DNA of 64,000 bases from Parcubacteria group bacterium GW2011_GWA2_51_10 (GCA_001004265.1 LCQS01000017.1:2530-66529); one strand, 5' to 3'; shown: positions 47,159 to 55,385, counted from the stretch's first letter. The notes: a model not told the origin generated them from the letters alone. A program made the numbers and translations.

Positions 47159-47722
47159 TTATTTGTAATTCGGTGGCTGCTCGTCCACCCCAGCAGCGCG
47201 ATTCGCGAGACGTGTAAGAGCGTAAAAAAGCGAGGAGAGCCGGTTCGCATATGCGCGGCTCGACTCACTAACAATTCGATCGCCCGATTCATGGAGCGCG
47301 ACAAGACGTCGCTCGGCTCTTCGGGAGACAGCACGCGTGATATCGAGCCGCGCTGAAAGCTCCGTGCCGCCAGGAACAAGGAAACTCTTCACTTCAGGCA
47401 AAGATTTCTCAATACGCGTTATCAGTTCGCCGAGCGCCTCGACGCTCGATTGCGGCACTGATTTCTCCGCTCCTGCGACTTCCGCTTGAACGGTGAATAA
47501 ATGATCCTGCACCTCGCGTAACACTTTTACGATATCGACATCGAGCAAGCTTTCGATAGGATGATTTTGCGCCTCGGTCTTGCACCAGCCAGTCAGGGTA
47601 TTCAACTCATCGAGCATTCCAAGACACTCAAAAATCGGCGACGTCTTAGAAGCCCGCTGCCCCGGCGGGCTGTCAAATAATTTCGTTGTTCCTTTATCGC
47701 CTTTGCCCGTGAAAAAAGCCAT
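47159..47722 (-). CDS. ATP:cob(I)alamin adenosyltransferase, PduO/MMAB type
   Basis: 187 aa. MAFFTGKGDKGTTKLF...IFECLGMLDELN, hallmark of PduO-type ACA. Confidence 0.8.
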   Translation of the reverse strand: MAFFTGKGDKGTTKLFDSPPGQRASKTSPIFECLGMLDELNTLTGWCKTEAQNHPIESLLDVDIVKVLREVQDHLFTVQAEVAGAEKSVPQSSVEALGELITRIEKSLPEVKSFLVPGGTELSARLDITRAVSRRAERRLVALHESGDRIVSESSRAYANRLSSLFYALTRLANRAAGVDEQPPNYK

Positions 47723-47887
47723 AAGTCAGGAAAAATCTCTCTGCCTATACAAAGAAACATAATGCACGTCTTGCCCCGTAGCCAAGTCCGAAGGATTTGT
47801 GGTACTGGGGTCCTTTCCCGGTAAAGAATGCCATGCGGCAATCATAACAAAAGGGCTGCCCGCAGCGATCAAAAAAGGAGATTGCAA

Positions 47888-48391
47888 CTATCGTATAGAT
47901 TCCGGAAGCGGGCTCATCCAAATCAGATGTTCCTCGCCGAGATATCCTCCCAAAATTGATGTCCACTGCCCGTCGAGAACCTCGCTCGAGGTAACTACGT
48001 ATGAGACTGCGCCAGCATCGCCGATCTGATCTTCAGTAATATCTATGTATCCCACACTTAAAATATTGCCATTCAAAATACCGACACCTCGCTGAATCTG
48101 GCTCTCTGCAATATGCCATTCAAGATCATATATAGAGCCGCTTCGTGCGATATATACTTCCCCCTCGTACGTCGCATCGCTCACCGGTCCCTTGCCGACG
48201 AGACGATAGACGCCTTCTCGTATTTCGCTCGCGGCAGATGCGTTTCCAAAGAACCCCGCCGGGTTTTGCATCATTCCTGAATTGAGGAACGGGGAGCGCA
48301 GAAACCATCCCACGCCAAATGCAAGAAGGACGAGAATTATTGCCGTGGGCAAAATAAGAGAACGCTCGACATGCGTATTGCTCGGCTCCAT
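47888..48391 (-). CDS. membrane-anchored hypothetical protein
   Basis: 167 aa with N-terminal TM LILPTAIILVLLAFGVGWFL. Confidence 0.45.
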   Translation of the reverse strand: MEPSNTHVERSLILPTAIILVLLAFGVGWFLRSPFLNSGMMQNPAGFFGNASAASEIREGVYRLVGKGPVSDATYEGEVYIARSGSIYDLEWHIAESQIQRGVGILNGNILSVGYIDITEDQIGDAGAVSYVVTSSEVLDGQWTSILGGYLGEEHLIWMSPLPESIR

Positions 48392-48469
48392 GATGCATTA
48401 ACTGTACATCAAATATGCCAAAGATATTTTACGAGCTGTGTATATTCTTCAACCGCTTCTATCTACGAG

Positions 48470-48553
48470 TGCGCGGGACAGGATTTGCACCTGCACGCCC
48501 TTAACGGGCACAAGCCCCTCAAGCTTGCGAGTCTGCTGTTTCTCCACCCGCGC
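48470..48553 (-). tRNA. tRNA-Leu (anticodon GAG), type II with long variable arm
   Basis: Manual fold: acceptor gcgcggg/cccgcgc, 3-bp D-stem, anticodon stem caagc/gcttg with loop ttGAGgg, 16-nt variable arm (gccc-gttaa-gggc), T-arm gcagg-tgcaaat-cctgt, discriminator A. Confidence 0.7.
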
Positions 48554-48619
48554 ATCGAAGCTTTACAGCTTCTGGCCAACTGTATCCAAAATTCTTTCGA
48601 CTTTCAATCTTTTTCTCGT

Positions 48620-49060
48620 TTATTCCGTCTGTGCTACCGCTTCAGCTTCAACTTTTTCGGGCTCGGGTTTTTCCGCCTTTTCCGCGTTCTCTATCTTCCC
48701 CTGCATAGTCATAAGACGCGTGCGGCGCAGTTGGCGGCGCGCTTCGCGCGCTACTTTCTCGCGGATGTAGTAGAGCTTCGCGCGGCGCACGCGACTCCGC
48801 TTCACGATCTCAACACGGTCTATCATTGGCGCATAGAGCGGAAATATTTTCTCCACTCCCACTCCGCTCGCGACGCGACGGACGGTGAATGTTCCCCCAG
48901 CTTCCGTACCGTGCTTGCGTGCAAGCACGAGTCCTTCAAATGCCTGAAGACGAACCTTCCCTTTTTCTTCGATCTTCTGCCAGACGCGAACAGTATCCCC
49001 CGGCCGAATGTCGAGATTTTTGCGCTCTTCAATATTTACCGACGAAATGTTTATTGACAT
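48620..49060 (-). CDS. rplS: 50S ribosomal protein L19 with C-terminal Lys/Glu-rich tail
   Basis: 146 aa. [45 protein letters not shown], canonical L19. Confidence 0.9.
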   Translation of the reverse strand: MSINISSVNIEERKNLDIRPGDTVRVWQKIEEKGKVRLQAFEGLVLARKHGTEAGGTFTVRRVASGVGVEKIFPLYAPMIDRVEIVKRSRVRRAKLYYIREKVAREARRQLRRTRLMTMQGKIENAEKAEKPEPEKVEAEAVAQTE

Positions 49061-49104
49061 ACTTGAACCGGCCTGCCTGCAGACAGGCAGGCACTATAGC
49101 ATTC

Positions 49105-49383
49105 TCAATACACTATCTCAAAATCTTCGAATACTCTCGACAGATCGCGCCATTCCACTTCCACATCTGATACATGTGAGCCGAACGGGCCTTTGCGCAA
49201 ATACTCGATAAATTTTTCCAAATGGTCGGGAAAACCTTGCGCAACTATTTCGACCGTAAAATCCTGCATATTCCGCACGTAACCAACTAGTGCGAGGTGC
49301 TTGGCATGCTTCTCGGCAAAATTGCGGTACGTCACTCCCTGCACCCTGCCGCGCACGCGGCAAAGAATTTCAGCTTTCTCCAT
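49105..49383 (-). CDS. acyP: acylphosphatase
   Basis: 92 aa. VRGRVQGVTYRNF and GYVRNMQDFTVE signatures. Confidence 0.85.
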   Translation of the reverse strand: MEKAEILCRVRGRVQGVTYRNFAEKHAKHLALVGYVRNMQDFTVEIVAQGFPDHLEKFIEYLRKGPFGSHVSDVEVEWRDLSRVFEDFEIVY

Positions 49384-49384
49384 G

Positions 49385-49456
49385 TGCGCGCTGAGGGATT
49401 CGAACCCCCGACCTTTCGCGTGTAAAGCGATTGCTCTACCACTGAGCTAAGCGCGC
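49385..49456 (-). tRNA. tRNA-Val (anticodon TAC)
   Basis: Cloverleaf: gcgcgct acceptor, D-arm gctcagtggtagagc, anticodon loop tTACac, T-loop ggttcgaatcc. Confidence 0.85.
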
Positions 49457-49458
49457 GC

Positions 49459-49530
49459 TCCCCTCGGTAGGAATCGAACCTACATATCCGACTTAGAAGA
49501 TCGGAGTTCTATCCATTGAACTACGAGGGG
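49459..49530 (-). tRNA. tRNA-Arg (anticodon TCT)
   Basis: Cloverleaf: acceptor cccctcg/cgagggg (C1-G72), D-arm gttcaatggatagaac, anticodon arm ccgat-ctTCTaa-gtcgg, T-arm gtagg-ttcgatt-cctac. Confidence 0.8.
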
Positions 49531-49534
49531 TATC

Positions 49535-49612
49535 CCCTCAATCTACCATTTTGAATCCCGACGATTTTGTCGGGACCCCGACCACTTTGTGCGTCGGGGC
49601 TACGAGGGGTAT
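49535..49612 (-). other. tRNA-Arg 5' segment duplication interrupted by twin 7-bp hairpins (tRNA-like remnant)
   Basis: atacccctcgtag is repeated at 49600..49612 and 49521..49533. ttcaaaatggtaga resembles the D-region. Hairpins ccccgac...gtcgggg and tcccgac...gtcggga lie between. No T-arm, so not a canonical tRNA. Confidence 0.5.
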
Positions 49613-49674
49613 GCACATTCTATATAAATAGAGGTTTTATCCAAAGCAAAGAGCATTCATGATTGAGTCTACCT

Positions 49675-50010
49675 TCAGCGTGACGGGTCGACAACGGTTG
49701 GCGCAGATTTTTTGAGCGATTCGAATTGCGCCTCACGCGCGTTGAGGGAGTCGAGTACAGCCTGCAACCGCGAGCGATTGAATGTGCGCTCCGGTCGTGC
49801 GGGTGCCTGTTCGCTTGCCGCATCAATCGCAGTGTCGTTCGCAACGCGCATGAATTCCAGTGAACCATAGAGCGCAAAAAGGACCACGAGGAGCAACGCC
49901 ACGAGCAGAAGAGTTCGCCAATAAAAATCCGCAATCACGTGCATAGACTCTGGTTCGTGCCGAGATTCATATGCCTCACGTATGTTCGTCTGCATGTGGA
50001 ACTTTTTCAT
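49675..50010 (-). CDS. small TM protein at the end of the pilus assembly operon (PilP-like position)
   Basis: 111 aa with one TM TLLLVALLLVVLFALYG. Overlaps pilO by 4 nt. Confidence 0.4.
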   Translation of the reverse strand: MKKFHMQTNIREAYESRHEPESMHVIADFYWRTLLLVALLLVVLFALYGSLEFMRVANDTAIDAASEQAPARPERTFNRSRLQAVLDSLNAREAQFESLKKSAPTVVDPSR

Positions 50011-50573
50011 GATGGTATTTCAGACGACGTGAATACGGAGATGCGCGCGGTCAAGCGCCACAGTGCGACAGTTTTGCCAGCAGATTCATTCAACGACAAT
50101 GCTCGCTCAAGCTCGAGATTCTGAACAGAGGATGGCAGGGGCAGCGTCTCGAAAAGTTCCGCGGTACGCATAAGCGCCGCAAAGGATCCCTCTGCCTCCA
50201 CGAGAAAGCTCACTGCCCTCAACTCCGCATCCTCGGATTCTTCCCCATCGACAGGCTCGAGTGACGCCGCATTGATTTTTATTGCAACTCCGGCTGCGTC
50301 GCCAACACTTTCTATAAGCCCCGCTGCGTCGAGAACGTCGACGCGGGTCATGTCATCGAGCTGTTTGCGTAAATCCTTCGTATCCCGCGCAAGTGCCTGA
50401 AATACCATCGAGCTTTCTTCGGTCACAGTTTCCGCTTGCGCTCTTTCGAGCGCTTCGCTGCGCGCAGCATGCTGCACGCGGGTATAGAACGCAAAGAGAA
50501 CAACTGCCGCGAGAGCTCCCACAGCGCAAGAAACAGCAATCCATGAGCTCATTGTGGCCACGCGAGTACGCAT
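50007..50573 (-). CDS. pilO: type IV pilus assembly protein PilO-like
   Basis: 188 aa. N-terminal TM, coiled-coil, then periplasmic domain. Position after pilN. Confidence 0.5.
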   Translation of the reverse strand: MRTRVATMSSWIAVSCAVGALAAVVLFAFYTRVQHAARSEALERAQAETVTEESSMVFQALARDTKDLRKQLDDMTRVDVLDAAGLIESVGDAAGVAIKINAASLEPVDGEESEDAELRAVSFLVEAEGSFAALMRTAELFETLPLPSSVQNLELERALSLNESAGKTVALWRLTARISVFTSSEIPS

Positions 50574-50574
50574 A

Positions 50575-51093
50575 TCATTTCACTTGAACGCTAATCGTAA
50601 ATTTGCCTCCTTCGACTCCCAGGAGTGCGCCGACGGGAACAGAAACGCCCGTAAAGTCGCTGCTTGCCGAGAGCGCCTCGCGATATGCGCTAACTCCTTC
50701 GCGCGCAGCTTGGCCCGTAAGTAGGAGCAGCCCATCTTTAGAAGCAAAAGACAACGATTCGATCCGAACGCTGTTTGGCCGCAGTGCGAGCGCTCTCTGT
50801 ATCACCTTTGCTGGCGAAGTAGTCGCCGCCGCAACTGGCTCGATGCGCAGCAATATATTTTCCGCACGCTTGATTTCGTCGCGCACGCCGGTTTCCGGAG
50901 AATTCGGCTCGGAAGAAGCCACCTGCGATTGCGAATCAGAATATCCTGCCCACAACTCAACGTACGCCGGCACAAGCGACAGCAGAGCGAGTGCAGCAGC
51001 GCCGGTCGCAACGAGAGAACCCACCAGCATAAACCGGGCGCGATAGCTCCTCGATACGGACCGCTTTGATTCTTCCGGAAGCAGATTTGTCAT
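50575..51093 (-). CDS. pilN: type IV pilus assembly protein PilN-like
   Basis: 172 aa. N-terminal NLLPEE motif plus TM LVGSLVATGAAALALLSLV. Follows pilM. Confidence 0.55.
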   Translation of the reverse strand: MTNLLPEESKRSVSRSYRARFMLVGSLVATGAAALALLSLVPAYVELWAGYSDSQSQVASSEPNSPETGVRDEIKRAENILLRIEPVAAATTSPAKVIQRALALRPNSVRIESLSFASKDGLLLLTGQAAREGVSAYREALSASSDFTGVSVPVGALLGVEGGKFTISVQVK

Positions 51094-51101
51094 ACGTTAT
51101 T

Positions 51102-52238
51102 TTACGACCGCAGAGCAAGTCCAATGGCAGTTGCGAATTGGAAAGATGTCGGCCTGTCTATGGGTGGGATATATTCATCAAACGAGCATACGTTCCGCCA
51201 TACGTTGGGGCGATCACACGGTGCCTGCACTCGCAAGGAAATATAGTCAGCGAGCCCCTTCAGGTTAGAGCTCCCTCCCAGAAGCAGCACGCGCTCGACG
51301 GGCGTCATGCGTTCGCCCATCTCATTTCGCCTTGTATCCCAATAGTGATAATGTTTTGCCACTTCATCGGCGAGCGCTCCCGCCGCGGCAGCGAGCACCT
51401 CCCCCTTCCCTGATTTGGCGCCTCGCGTTAGGGCTAGGAGCCCCTCATTGTCTTTGAATTTCTCCGCCTCCTCGAGCGACATGGACATCTTTTCTATGAG
51501 AGTGTTCGTCATCTTCTCGCCGCCGACTGCGACAGTCGAAGTAAAAATGGGAATGCCACTCTTGAGAACGGCAAAACCTGTACGCGAACGGCCAAAATCG
51601 ACAGAGAGCGAAATCGAGTCGCCGCCCTCGGGCGAGTTAATCGCGCGCGCGATGGAACGCGCATCTAATTCAAGCGACAGCAATCCGATGCCCGCCATAT
51701 CAAATGCGGCGGCGTAGCTTTCTGCAATTTCCCGTGGAACGACCACGACGCCAATTTCCTTCGAGCCCCTCCCGTCACGCTCAGTAATCACACTAAAATC
51801 ATAAATGGCGTCATTAGGAGCAATAGGCACGCGCGTATTCAACTCGAACTCGATCATGCTCAGCACTTGGTCTCGCGGCGTTTTTTCTGGAACAGACATG
51901 CTGAAGACGAACGCACTTTCTTCAGGAAGAGAGGCATGTGCGTGCTCAATATTGCCGAGGTGCCGCTTCGCCGTGTGCAGCACTTCAGCAAGCGCCGCTT
52001 CATCATGTACGACACCTTCAACGACGACACCTTCAGCAAGCGGCTCTCGCCCGTAAGACACGACTCGACTGCCGCTCTTAAATGGCTCAAGCGCAAGCCA
52101 TTTAATCGATGCGTCGGAAATGTCTATGCCGGCCGCGCGCGGGGCTAAAAGCTTGGGCGTAGGAAACCAACGCGCGAGAGTGCGCGAAATGGTATTTGAA
52201 CCGTGAGAAGAATTTCCGGCGAGCGGAAGGAGGTGCAT
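51102..52238 (-). CDS. pilM: type IV pilus assembly ATPase-fold protein PilM
   Basis: 378 aa. Actin-like fold with GIDISDASIKWLAL and a C-terminal GGSSNLKGLADYIS motif. Confidence 0.7.
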   Translation of the reverse strand: MHLLPLAGNSSHGSNTISRTLARWFPTPKLLAPRAAGIDISDASIKWLALEPFKSGSRVVSYGREPLAEGVVVEGVVHDEAALAEVLHTAKRHLGNIEHAHASLPEESAFVFSMSVPEKTPRDQVLSMIEFELNTRVPIAPNDAIYDFSVITERDGRGSKEIGVVVVPREIAESYAAAFDMAGIGLLSLELDARSIARAINSPEGGDSISLSVDFGRSRTGFAVLKSGIPIFTSTVAVGGEKMTNTLIEKMSMSLEEAEKFKDNEGLLALTRGAKSGKGEVLAAAAGALADEVAKHYHYWDTRRNEMGERMTPVERVLLLGGSSNLKGLADYISLRVQAPCDRPNVWRNVCSFDEYIPPIDRPTSFQFATAIGLALRS

Positions 52239-52263
52239 TCGTTAATTATACAAGCCTTTCGTG

Positions 52264-52602
52264 TTATTTGATGCGCGTGCCAGGCTCCACAGAGGAATCA
52301 GGGTGCAGGAGAGCTATGCCATTTTCGTGCCCGGCGGCAAGAAGCATTCCTTCGCTCACGATCCCGCGCAACTCGCGAGGCGCAAGATTGACTACATAGG
52401 GACACTGCTTCCCAATGAGATCTTCCGGGGCTCGCCACTGCGCAATGCCAGAAACAATGACCCGACGGCCCATTGCTCCGAAATCTATCGTGCACTGAAT
52501 CAGTTTATCGGTATCAGGAACCCGCGTTGCTTCAATAATTGTCCCAACGCGGATATCTAATTTTGAGAAATCCTCATATGAAATATGCTCGTCCATATCC
52601 AT
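52264..52602 (-). CDS. tRNA-binding protein (CsaA/MetRS C-terminal-domain-like, OB fold)
   Basis: 112 aa. LDIRVGTIIEATRVPDTDKLIQCTIDFG...VSEGMLLA, typical of the tRNA_bind domain. Confidence 0.75.
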   Translation of the reverse strand: MDMDEHISYEDFSKLDIRVGTIIEATRVPDTDKLIQCTIDFGAMGRRVIVSGIAQWRAPEDLIGKQCPYVVNLAPRELRGIVSEGMLLAAGHENGIALLHPDSSVEPGTRIK

Positions 52603-52607
52603 GTATT

Positions 52608-52997
52608 TTACTTCGCTTGTCGCATATCTAAATACCTCTGCAAAATAAAAGCCGCAGCAGCAGCGTCATTGTGAGAGTCGTTTCCAGACGCATGGCGGGA
52701 CGCTTCAATCGAGCTCCACGCTTCAAACACGGGCTCGACCGGAAGTTTCGTGCGCTCTCGCAATTCCTCGGCAAATTTTTCGGCTTCGCCGGTGATGGGA
52801 TTTTCGGCGCCGCCAGTGGAGCGCGTGTCTCCCATGATGATTTTCCGCACGTTTTTTCCCGCGACTAATTTCTTTATTTGCCCTATGGTTCTTTCGTCAT
52901 TAGCAATTGTGCTTTCAGGGAAAGCGATTGATCCACTCTCATCGGAAAGCGCGATCCCAATGCGCTTCGATCCGTAATCAATGCCCATGTGTTTCAT
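52608..52997 (-). CDS. ruvX: Holliday junction resolvase-like nuclease RuvX/YqgF
   Basis: Start placed at MKHMGIDYGSKRIGIALSD (RNase H-like fold, Asp motif). C-terminal AAAFILQRYL. Confidence 0.85.
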   Translation of the reverse strand: MKHMGIDYGSKRIGIALSDESGSIAFPESTIANDERTIGQIKKLVAGKNVRKIIMGDTRSTGGAENPITGEAEKFAEELRERTKLPVEPVFEAWSSIEASRHASGNDSHNDAAAAAFILQRYLDMRQAK

Positions 52998-53020
52998 GAG
53001 CGTATAGCGTATAGCGTATA
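52992..53020. repeat. heptamer tandem repeat (CGTATAG x4) upstream of ruvX
   Basis: gcgtatagcgtatagcgtatagcgtatagc. Confidence 0.8.
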
Positions 53021-53068
53021 GCGTATAGCGCAACCAGACGGTACACGATACTGTTTTTCGATTTAGGA

Positions 53069-53479
53069 CTAGCTCGCGAGGCGGGAGGTTTTGAATTCTC
53101 CGGGCTTGAATGGCTGAAGTCGAATTATTTTCGGCGAGAGTCCTGCATCGTGTAGTTTTTTTTCGAGCCCCTCCACATACTCGCCTCTCTGATCATATCC
53201 GAGCGCGATGATTGCAGGCGCGAGTTCTGCAATGTGCGATATGTAGTCGGATTCTGCCCCAAGAACAACGGCACCCACGCTGTCTTCTTTGCGCACCATT
53301 TCAATCCGTTCTTCTTCCGAGTTTCGTGGCGGTTTTCCTTTTATTTTTTCAACAATCCTATCGCGTGCGACTGAAACGATAAGATATGGGTCAGGAGCAA
53401 GAGCGCGCGCCTGCCTAAAAAAGTCACGATGACCGTCGTGAACGATGTCAAAAGTGCCAAATACCAATATTCGCGTCAT
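53069..53479 (-). CDS. cytidylyltransferase-fold nucleotidyltransferase, archaeal RibL-like putative FAD synthetase
   Basis: 136 aa. ILVFGTFDIVHDGH (HxGH motif) and a C-terminal Rossmann-like half resembling TagD/RibL. The ATGA overlap with the riboflavin kinase gene suggests translational coupling. Confidence 0.55.
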   Translation of the reverse strand: MTRILVFGTFDIVHDGHRDFFRQARALAPDPYLIVSVARDRIVEKIKGKPPRNSEEERIEMVRKEDSVGAVVLGAESDYISHIAELAPAIIALGYDQRGEYVEGLEKKLHDAGLSPKIIRLQPFKPGEFKTSRLAS

Positions 53480-53817
53480 GCATTCATATGCGTGCGCACC
53501 GCAGCAACATCGCGCGCAAGAGCTTGCCGCATATCGGTTTCGTTTTTGAATATCTCCCGCTCCCTGATTTTTTTCAGAAGATGTATCGTGATTGTTTTAC
53601 CATACAGATTGCCGCCGTAATCGAGAAGATGCGCCTCGAGAAGTTTTTGCTCCTGATCTGCAAATGCCGCGGCGAAAAAAGATTCTTCTCTTATTTCGAC
53701 TCGCGCGGCGTAGACGCCGGTGAGTGCTGTGTCACGTAGCGGAATATTTGCTGTCGGAAAACCTAATTGCGTTCCGCGGCCCGTGCCTTTCCCCACAATT
53801 CCGGTAAATGAAAGCAT
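53476..53817 (-). CDS. riboflavin kinase (stand-alone RibF C-terminal-domain type)
   Basis: 113 aa. GIVGKGTGRGTQLGFPTANI and LLEAHLLDYGGNLYG match the bacterial flavokinase domain. Confidence 0.8.
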   Translation of the reverse strand: MLSFTGIVGKGTGRGTQLGFPTANIPLRDTALTGVYAARVEIREESFFAAAFADQEQKLLEAHLLDYGGNLYGKTITIHLLKKIREREIFKNETDMRQALARDVAAVRTHMNA

Positions 53818-53984
53818 TGTTTTTATTTAGACAAGTGACAATGGAGCGATCGCGGTGATCTCATTTGCATATTTCAAAATGTAAACTGTGTACATAATTC
53901 TTACTCAGCCACCCCTCCATCACAATTCAATCCTACTCTAACCGCAATGTATCCTCAATGCATCGGCGATATAATAGTTTGCAT

Positions 53985-54098
53985 ATGCATCGTCAGCAGC
54001 AGCATAGTGCGGGATTCGCACGATTTGAAATTCTCATTATCATTGCGACCGGTGGACTTATCGCGCTCATAATAATCGCCTCTCTTTCTGCCGCATAG
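53985..54098 (+). CDS. 37-aa hydrophobic peptide (candidate small membrane/toxin-like protein), missing from the ORF track
   Basis: Translated by hand: MHRQQQHSAGFARFEILIIIATGGLIALIIIASLSAA. A tataat box sits about 10 nt upstream of the ATG. A terminator follows immediately. Confidence 0.4.
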   Translation: MHRQQQHSAGFARFEILIIIATGGLIALIIIASLSAA

Positions 54099-54101
54099 AA
54101 T

Positions 54102-54140
54102 AAAATACCTCGCAGCAAGCTGACGAGGCATTTTATTTTT
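54102..54140 (+). terminator. rho-independent terminator after the small peptide ORF
   Basis: aaaatacctcg-cagcaagctga-cgaggcatttt followed by ttttatttttg. Confidence 0.6.
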
Positions 54141-54333
54141 GAGAACCGTCGGTTCTCAACGCTCGCTTCGCTCGCTGCTCTCCTCCACGGAGAACCGGAT
54201 GCGGTTCCCCGACCCCCTCCGCCCCTTGCGCTTTCACCCCGAAGCAGAGCTTCGGGCAACTCTGCGCATAGGATAAGGGAACGAATACTCTCTATTTCAC
54301 ATCAGCGGCTCTTTCGGAGAGCCGCGGTAATAG

Positions 54334-54834
54334 ATGATGATACAATTTGTATTGAGCGTTATGCCCGAAAATATTCCCATGATCTTGCGCTGGAGTGCGT
54401 ACGAGCACGAGCACATCGAACGCGGCAGTGATTGGTTCTGGGCTCTTGGCATCGTCGCGGTATGCGTCGCGATAACGAGCATATTGTTCGGGAACATTCT
54501 CTTCGCAATCCTCATCATCGTGGCAGCAATCACGATTGCAATCGTCGCCCGCACGCCGCCCGAACTCGTGCAATTTGAAATTTCAGATCGAGGCGTTCGC
54601 GTGGGAGGCAGACTGCATCGCTGGGATGAAATCATCTCCTTCTGGGTGGAGGACGAGCACGGCGGAGAGCCATTTCTTTTAGTCGACACCATTAAATTCA
54701 TGTCGCCGAATCTCATTATCCCTCTCCAAGATATCGATCCCGACCTCGTTCGCGCTTATCTTTCGGAGCGCGTCAACGAAGTTCCCATGAAAGAACCGAT
54801 CTCGCACAAGATTCTCGAATTCTTCGGAATTTAG
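54334..54834 (+). CDS. hypothetical 4-TM membrane protein
   Basis: 166 aa with two hydrophobic hairpins near the N-terminus. The leader contains a stable hairpin cggctct-ttcg-gagagccg just upstream of the ATG. Confidence 0.5.
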   Translation: MMIQFVLSVMPENIPMILRWSAYEHEHIERGSDWFWALGIVAVCVAITSILFGNILFAILIIVAAITIAIVARTPPELVQFEISDRGVRVGGRLHRWDEIISFWVEDEHGGEPFLLVDTIKFMSPNLIIPLQDIDPDLVRAYLSERVNEVPMKEPISHKILEFFGI

Positions 54835-54885
54835 GACCGAAAATTAGTGCCTGCACTTGGCAAATATGATACATTGCCGTGACGA

Positions 54886-54957
54886 GCCCCCGTAGTTTAA
54901 TGGATAGAATGCGAGCTTGCGGAGTTCGTGATCCAGGTCCGATTCCTGGCGGGGGCA
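54886..54957 (+). tRNA. tRNA-Arg (anticodon GCG by manual fold)
   Basis: Acceptor gcccccg/cgggggc, D-arm gttt-aatggata-gaat, anticodon arm cgagc-ttGCGga-gttcg, T-arm ccagg-tccgatt-cctgg, discriminator A. Confidence 0.7.
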
Positions 54958-55035
54958 CAAGACAAGAAAGTTTGTGTACTAATAATGGGTTAGAATAGAA
55001 AAGTCGATTTATCATTTCATTACTATTATAAAAAT

Positions 55036-55251
55036 ATGGACAGAAAACATCTCAAGTGCTTGCTATGGAAAGCGCTCTGGGGAATCAGCGTACTTTCTCT
55101 CATTGCAGCGTGGCTTTCGGTGCAAAATACCGTTTTTGGATTTAACGCGCAATTTTGGTTCTGGAACGCGCTTCTCTTTGGCATGCTGGCAATTCCGATA
55201 AAGCTCGACTGCCATTCGTGCGAAGTGTGCCAAATAGCCCCGAGAGTTTGA
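55036..55251 (+). CDS. small 2-TM membrane protein with C-terminal CxxC...C
   Basis: 71-aa ORF just downstream of tRNA-Arg and an AT-rich stretch. Confidence 0.4.
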   Translation: MDRKHLKCLLWKALWGISVLSLIAAWLSVQNTVFGFNAQFWFWNALLFGMLAIPIKLDCHSCEVCQIAPRV

Positions 55252-55385
55252 TGATAAATGGATCCTGAATATTCACAGACAGGACCGCACTCGGAGTTTA
55301 CAAAAAATTGCTTCCTGTTACTTTGATAACTGCTCCGATCTTTTCAACCTGTTGAGATCGGCTAACAATCGCAAGGAGAAAACTG

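Noticed and set aside
47723-47887. Possible tRNA in the GC-rich spacer upstream of pduO.
   Set aside because: No acceptor, T-arm pairing found. The region is better explained by the MAFFTGKG mini-ORF described in the findings.
49535-49612. Third tRNA next to tRNA-Arg/Val.
   Set aside because: The segment shares the tRNA-Arg 5' end and a D-like segment. It has two 7-bp hairpins instead of anticodon and T arms and no TTCGA-type T-loop. It is reported as a remnant, not a tRNA.
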